From contig OZ037846.1 of assembly GCA_964035575.1 (NCBI GenBank), positions 1,550,001 to 1,614,000 of the forward strand: DNA of 64,000 nucleotides. The letters run 5' to 3'. Shown here in pieces: positions 58,647-64,000 of this stretch (position 1 is its first letter; every line of letters begins with the position of its first letter). A program made the translations under genes and the position numbers. This stretch comes from Rhynchopus sp. YZ270_cl-10 (taxonomy: Eukaryota). The notes beneath the pieces are model-generated. The model saw only the letters and a list, made by a program, of their open reading frames with translations, searched no databases and was not told the DNA's origin.

Positions 58647-61600
58647 ATGTCCTATTTCTTGCTCTTGCTCATGGCAGGATCGGTCAGTGCACTTCCGAAC
58701 TACTCTGGGCAGAAGATGACGGTCCTCGCCAAGGATAATAATGTGGGTGCAGGTGTTCGCAACCGTGCCAACGTGTTCAACGCGCTGACAGGAGCGCAGG
58801 TGGAGGTGGTGCTGGTAGCCAACCAAGTGGAGGAGCAGGCCACCGAGCTGAGCACCGGCACGGCGCTGTACGATGCGTACATCAGCACCGCGTCCGACAT
58901 GATTGCCTATCAAGTCCAGAACCTGCTCCCGCTCAACGAATTTATCGAGGAGGATGAGGAAATCCGCTGGAGTGACATTGGGTCCTGGTTCCGCACCCTC
59001 GGGGTATACAACAACGAAATCCTCGCACTCCCGCTCGACGGCGACTTCCATCTTATGTACTACAGACAAGACGTCCTGGCCAAGGCCGGGCTGGCCCCTC
59101 CCAAAACACTTGAGGAAATGCTTTCAGTTGCGAAGGCCATCAACGGGACCGACATGGATGGGGACGGCCACGGGGATGTTGGCTTCTGCTTTGGGCTTGG
59201 CGCGCCATCGCAGGGCTTCATGTTGGTCTCACTGCTGCTGCCCCTCATCCAAAGCAAGGGCACGTCGCAGGGGTACCTGTACGACCCTAGCACCATGGAG
59301 GCGCTTCAGGACAACCCAGCAATGGCAGATGGGCTCAGGATGCTTGCAGAAATGATCACGCTTGGGTCTAACAAAAATTTTCTGCAAACTTTGGGCTGGG
59401 ATGTGAGAGGCTTGTTCACATCGGGGAAGTGTGGGATGATCATTGACTGGGGCGACATCGCTGGGCTCAGCATCGGCTCCTACGTGAACGGCCTCACGGG
59501 GATGTCTCGTCTGCCAGGTTCGCGCAAGGTGTGGGACCGCGATCAGAAGGCATACCGTGCCTGCGACACGACGCTGTGCCCGTTCGGTGGGGATGAGGGC
59601 ATCAACTCAGCGATCTACGCATCTGGCGGGTGGTCGTACCAGATCAACAGAAAGATCAAGGAGGAGCGGCACCAGTTTGTGTACGACTTTGGTTCCTATA
59701 TGTGCAGCCCGAAGATCTCTGCTGAAGATGCCGTTGACGGGACCACCGGGCTCGAGCCGTACAGATACAGCCACATGCTTGCAGGTATTACTATTGTTTT
59801 AATTGCTACATTAACAGCCCCCTTTCTTCTCGACCTTTTTTTGTCCTTGTCGCAATGTACGCGAACTTTCCTGCAGTCAACGCAGGGAAAGAAGAATCAA
59901 CGACGTGATGTAGATATGGGTGCCTTCGGTAATAATTAAAAAAAGTGAGTGTTTTTGAGGTAAGGAACAAACCCCTGAGGTTTTTAGATGTGTGCACAAG
60001 AGACACATTCATCTTACAAAGTTTTCTATTGCACAATACCCCAATCCTCTTCACTCTTCTATCTCTCACGCAGGCCTTTGGGTAGCAGCAGGGATGGCGC
60101 CTGCAAGCGCAGATAACTACGTGCATGCACTGGCCGATTCTCTGGACTCAAAGAACATTGACGTGGCACGTGCCGTTGGGTACAGTGTGATACGCGACAA
60201 CTTCCACCACGCGGTGCTGGCTGTGACGGAGGGGACGTCCCCCGCAGAGGCAGCAACGCAGCTCAGCGCAGCGAACAACCTTGTGGTGCAGCAGAACGGT
60301 GGTGCCGAGGTGCTGCTCCCTGCGTACAGGAAGGCCCTGGGCCTCACGACGTCCTCTCTGATTATCAGCTCCTCGTCAGACATGCCCACTTGGATGATCC
60401 CCACCTTCTCTGCTCTTGGTGGCGTTGCTGTTCTGGTCATGATCGGATTGGTCTACAGGTTCCAAATGGTGAGCAAGCAGGCAGACAAGATCTACTCCGA
60501 CCAAGCCATTGCAGAGCAGATTGCAGAAAGTGTGCAAGAAATGCGTCTCGAAGAGCTGGACTACCTACACGACCTCACCAACCCGAACAAAATGCAGCGC
60601 ATCTTCATCAACATCACAGAGACGCTCAAGGAGTACCGCAGCTACATCCCGAAGTCCGTTCTGAACACACTCGACCAGAACCATCAGATGAAAGGGAAGG
60701 AAGACTGTGTCATGATCGCGTTGGTGAACCCACCTGCATCCGGCCACGTTGCCATTGTGTTCACCGACATCCAAAGCAGCACCATGACATGGGAGGGTGC
60801 CCCCTTCGAGATGAAGACTGCACTGGAGCTGCACAACGATGTGATCCGCAAGGCTGCAGGAGAGTACGACGGTTACGAAGTGAAGACGATTGGCGACGCT
60901 TTCATGCTTGCGTTTGCAGACTTGGACGACGCAGCGAAGTTCTGCCTTGCAGTTCAGGTCGATCTGACTGAGGTGGACTGGCCCGAAGGCCTGCTTGATC
61001 TGCCTCAGTGTGCTAAGGTACCACATGCCTTTTCCGGTCTCCGTTTGCGCATGGGTCTCCACTACGGTGAGGTGGAGAAGCAGGACAATGCGATGACAGG
61101 CAGGGCAGACTATTTCGGGACAGTTGTGAACATCGCGGCACGTCTTGAGGCTGCAGGCAGAGGCGGTGGTATCACTGTTGAGAAGGCCGTTCTTGACAAG
61201 CTGCAGCCTACCTCACTTAACGCGTCTGTGCTTGAACTTGGCGAAGTCGAGCTGAAGGGAATCAAGAACAAGCAGACCCTCAGTCTGCTCATCCCCCAAG
61301 CACTGCGGGAGAGGAAGATGTGCCTGGAAAAAATTTTGTCCGGTTATAAGGAAAACCACTCAGACAATGCAAGCTCCAGATCAAGCGCCAGCGCCGCCAG
61401 CAGTCTTCGCAACACCGCCGCGAAGCCCCGCCTGGCACTTAGGACAGCTCTTGAAGTTGTGAACGCGACTACCGTGCACATGCGGCTCTCCTTCAGCCAA
61501 ACCTTGAAGAAGAAAAGCACGAGCGAGTCTTTGCACATCGTCAACGACATCGTCGCGCCCATAATCCTCGCATGCGAGCAGACCAATGGTGTCATTGCAG

Positions 61601-62166
61601 CGCTCTCCACAACAGGCATCGACCTTACATGGCTTGGCCTGCGCAATGCGAGCCACGTGCAGAACGCTATCAAGTTCATCGGCATGCTGCACAAGCCGTT
61701 GTTCATCTCGACGTCTCACATCGGCGCCTGCTCGGGCAGTGTCTTAGCTGGGAACGTTGGTACGTCGCAGAAGTTCAACATGCAGATCGGCGAGTGTGCG
61801 TCCATTGCAGAGCGCCTGTCGAAGACCGCACAGGAGTTCAGAGTGTTTGCCGTCATCAGCGCAGAGCCCAATACTCCGTGTGCCTGTTCCGATCCTGGTA
61901 TGCTTCACAAGGTCCGGCCCCTCGTGCGTGTGGACACCGACGACGACAGCGTCATTGCGTACCAGCTCAAGGGCGAAAGTCTTCTTGAGAGCTGGTTCGA
62001 CGAGGATGAAGAGGAGTGGTCATGGTCCCCTGCATACACCGAAATGTTTATGCTGAAAGACGTGGCAGCGATCAGGCAGAATGCAGAGATGTCGCCAGTG
62101 ATGCAGCAGGTGGTGGAGCGGCTGGACACGCCCATTGTGCCCATCAAAGAAAGCATTGCAGAGTGA
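58647..62166 (+). CDS. Receptor adenylate cyclase: signal peptide, extracellular solute-binding (SBP family 1-like) domain, one TM, class III cyclase and degenerate cyclase-like domain; exons 58647-59784 and 60074-62166, 1076 aa
   Basis: MSYFLLLLMAGSVSA; LLPLNEFI...ALPLDGDFHLMYYRQDVLAKAGLAPPKTLEE; phase-1 GT-AG intron 59785-60073 joins the two ORFs in frame; TM WMIPTFSALGGVAVLVMIGLVY; IVFTDIQSST, YEVKTIGDAFM, DYFGTVVNIAARLE. Confidence 0.9.
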
Positions 62167-62228
62167 TCTTCTGAATTCAACGTGTGGTTTAGTAATATGA
62201 CATTTTTTTTTTTTCTTTTCATATTGTC

Positions 62229-62526
62229 CAGGCTCTCCGCTAGGATTTCCGATTTTGAAAATATTCTGTTGATGGTCCACGTTGGTGGGGTACATGCTTG
62301 CGCCGCAGGCGCACGGTACGCAACTTTTTTTTTTACCAACGCCCGATTTTGACTTTTTTGGGACGTTTGAGCACTCACCTCTCCATATCTTCTTCTCCTG
62401 AGCTTTTTTGACAGGTAGAACGGGTCTGAACCACTCAGCAGAACTTTTTTTTTCTTCTCTTTTTTTCCCCATTTTCAAAAAGTTCTGTTGACAATCAACA
62501 GAACTTTAGACCTAGCGGAGTGCCTG
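62229..62526 (-). mobile_element. hAT MITE, 16677 family, 63 bp after the cyclase stop
   Basis: TSD ATATTGTC (62221-62228, 62527-62534). Confidence 0.9.
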
Positions 62527-64000
62527 ATATTGTCAGGGATTTTTCTAATTCTGGATTGGGATTGGGATTTCGGAAAAATAAAAAAATTCCCTGAAAAAAA
62601 TTCCCTGTTTTTCCCTACAGCAATTTCAGGTACATTCTACTCCACCCCACCCCCAGAGAGTTTCGCCTGTGGGATGCGATCGATCAACGCGATCAAATAA
62701 AGCGAAAAAAGGGGAAAAGGAAAAAAAAAAGTCCCGGATTTTTGAGGAAAAAATTGTCTCTGCAGGCGGTTGCTGTAGTTGTGGGTGCGGATGTTCACGT
62801 CAGTTGCAGGCAAACGTCCAGCATCAGAGACATTTGAGGTTGTGCACAAGAAGAAGGAGAAGACGTGTCAATCGCATTCAATTATGAGGGTTGGAAGACG
62901 GAGGAGATCTCAAATGTTGCGTACCGTGGCTTCGCCAGGAACCTTTGGGTGCCAGGATTGCCGTTTCTTTCATAAATGTACTGAGGTTACTGATAAGGCT
63001 GACACACTACGGATTGTGGTTCACCCCTCCCCACCTGCCTTTTGTGCATCAGAGGGGAGAAAGCGCCACGCCTCCCTGCACTGGCAGGGAGTCGCGCGCG
63101 CGAAGCGCGCGCAGCGACCGCTTTTACGGGGGGAAAGCTCGGGACCCCAAATGACCCCCGGCGAGAGCCCTGACGACATATCGGGAAATTTTTTTTTCCC
63201 CCACAAAAAAGTCAAAAAACAGCTCAAAAACTATACCAAAAAAACAGGGAATTTTTTGGATTGGGATTTCGGAATTTGGCCAAAAAGGGACGGATTTAGA
63301 GATATCCTTGCATATTGTTGTTATGACCGCGAGACTAGCTGTCCTTCACAGAGCTTCAGGAGGAGCGCAACCCTGGATGCAATTTAACGTCCAGCCAGGA
63401 CGTTTTCCGTGGTTTTTTGCAGCAAAGATCGGGTCTTTTGTTTGTGCGCTCAAAGCCGATTGAAAGATGAACTGCTGTTTAGTTCAAGAGCTGAAAAGTT
63501 GACAAATCATACAATAGACTTATTATAGTTGTGATTGAAAAATAGGACTAAAAGTTTTGGAAAAGCAGTGGGGCGAGTTGCAAAAACGCCCTTGCTTAGC
63601 GGTATTTGAGTCCATAAGCCCTCCTAAAAGGTAATATTTTGTACTTATGTGTAGGTGAAATAATTTGAACTCGAACTTTTTGCTCGATTTTTGCTCCTTT
63701 GAACTCGGAAACGTCATTCTGAGTTCAAAAGGATGCAAAATCGAGCAAACAGTCTGAGTTGAAGTTATTTCATTTACACATAAGTACATAAGGTTACCTT
63801 TTAGGAGGGCTTATGGACTCACCCAGATGTGCACATGATAATTTTACACAAAATAAAAAAGCAAGAGCTACGCATTGTTGGTTTTTGAAATCCCAAAATC
63901 CTCAAACACCTCTGTCCTTTTACAAGGATTGCAGTGCGCAAAAAATTGGGTCACGAAATACTGGTTTCCTGTACATTATTGTTTTGTTTTTTTGAAAATG

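Noticed and set aside
1..64000. tRNA, rRNA, SL RNA gene, intact transposase or RT
   Set aside because: No cloverleaf, rRNA-like block, SL exon, or complete DDE/RT ORF recognised by eye; tRNAscan-SE, Infernal and HMM searches would be needed to exclude them.

Overview
Repeat-rich eukaryotic DNA. A euglenozoan (probably diplonemid-like) origin is inferred from trypanosomatid-type adenylate cyclase motifs, GT-AG introns, an Ingi-like and a CRE-like retroelement, and all host genes lying on the + strand. Host genes: a 5'-truncated ankyrin-repeat gene, ornithine aminotransferase (1 intron), a UAS-UBX (FAF2-like) gene, three multi-TM class III adenylate cyclases (two are a near-identical duplicate offset by 12,331 bp, the third is chimeric), a ubiquitin-like + BspA-type LRR gene interrupted by a SINE, and a receptor cyclase with a bacterial-type solute-binding ectodomain (1 intron). 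Intergenic DNA is a pile of often nested non-autonomous DNA transposons with readable TIRs and TSDs, two ~1.2-kb palindromic foldback elements, microsatellites and pseudogene fragments. Most notable: (i) two different 122-bp tandem arrays that share only short boxes in exact gapless register, each following the same transposon end and next to a decayed OTU-protease-like ORF; (ii) a 603-bp SINE with an Ingi/L1Tc-like HDV-ribozyme 5' signature whose 20-bp TSD duplicates an AG|GT proto-splice site; (iii) GNA-triloop mini-hairpins shared by unrelated transposon families. No rRNA, tRNA or CRISPR array was recognised. All calls are by eye; no database searches were run.
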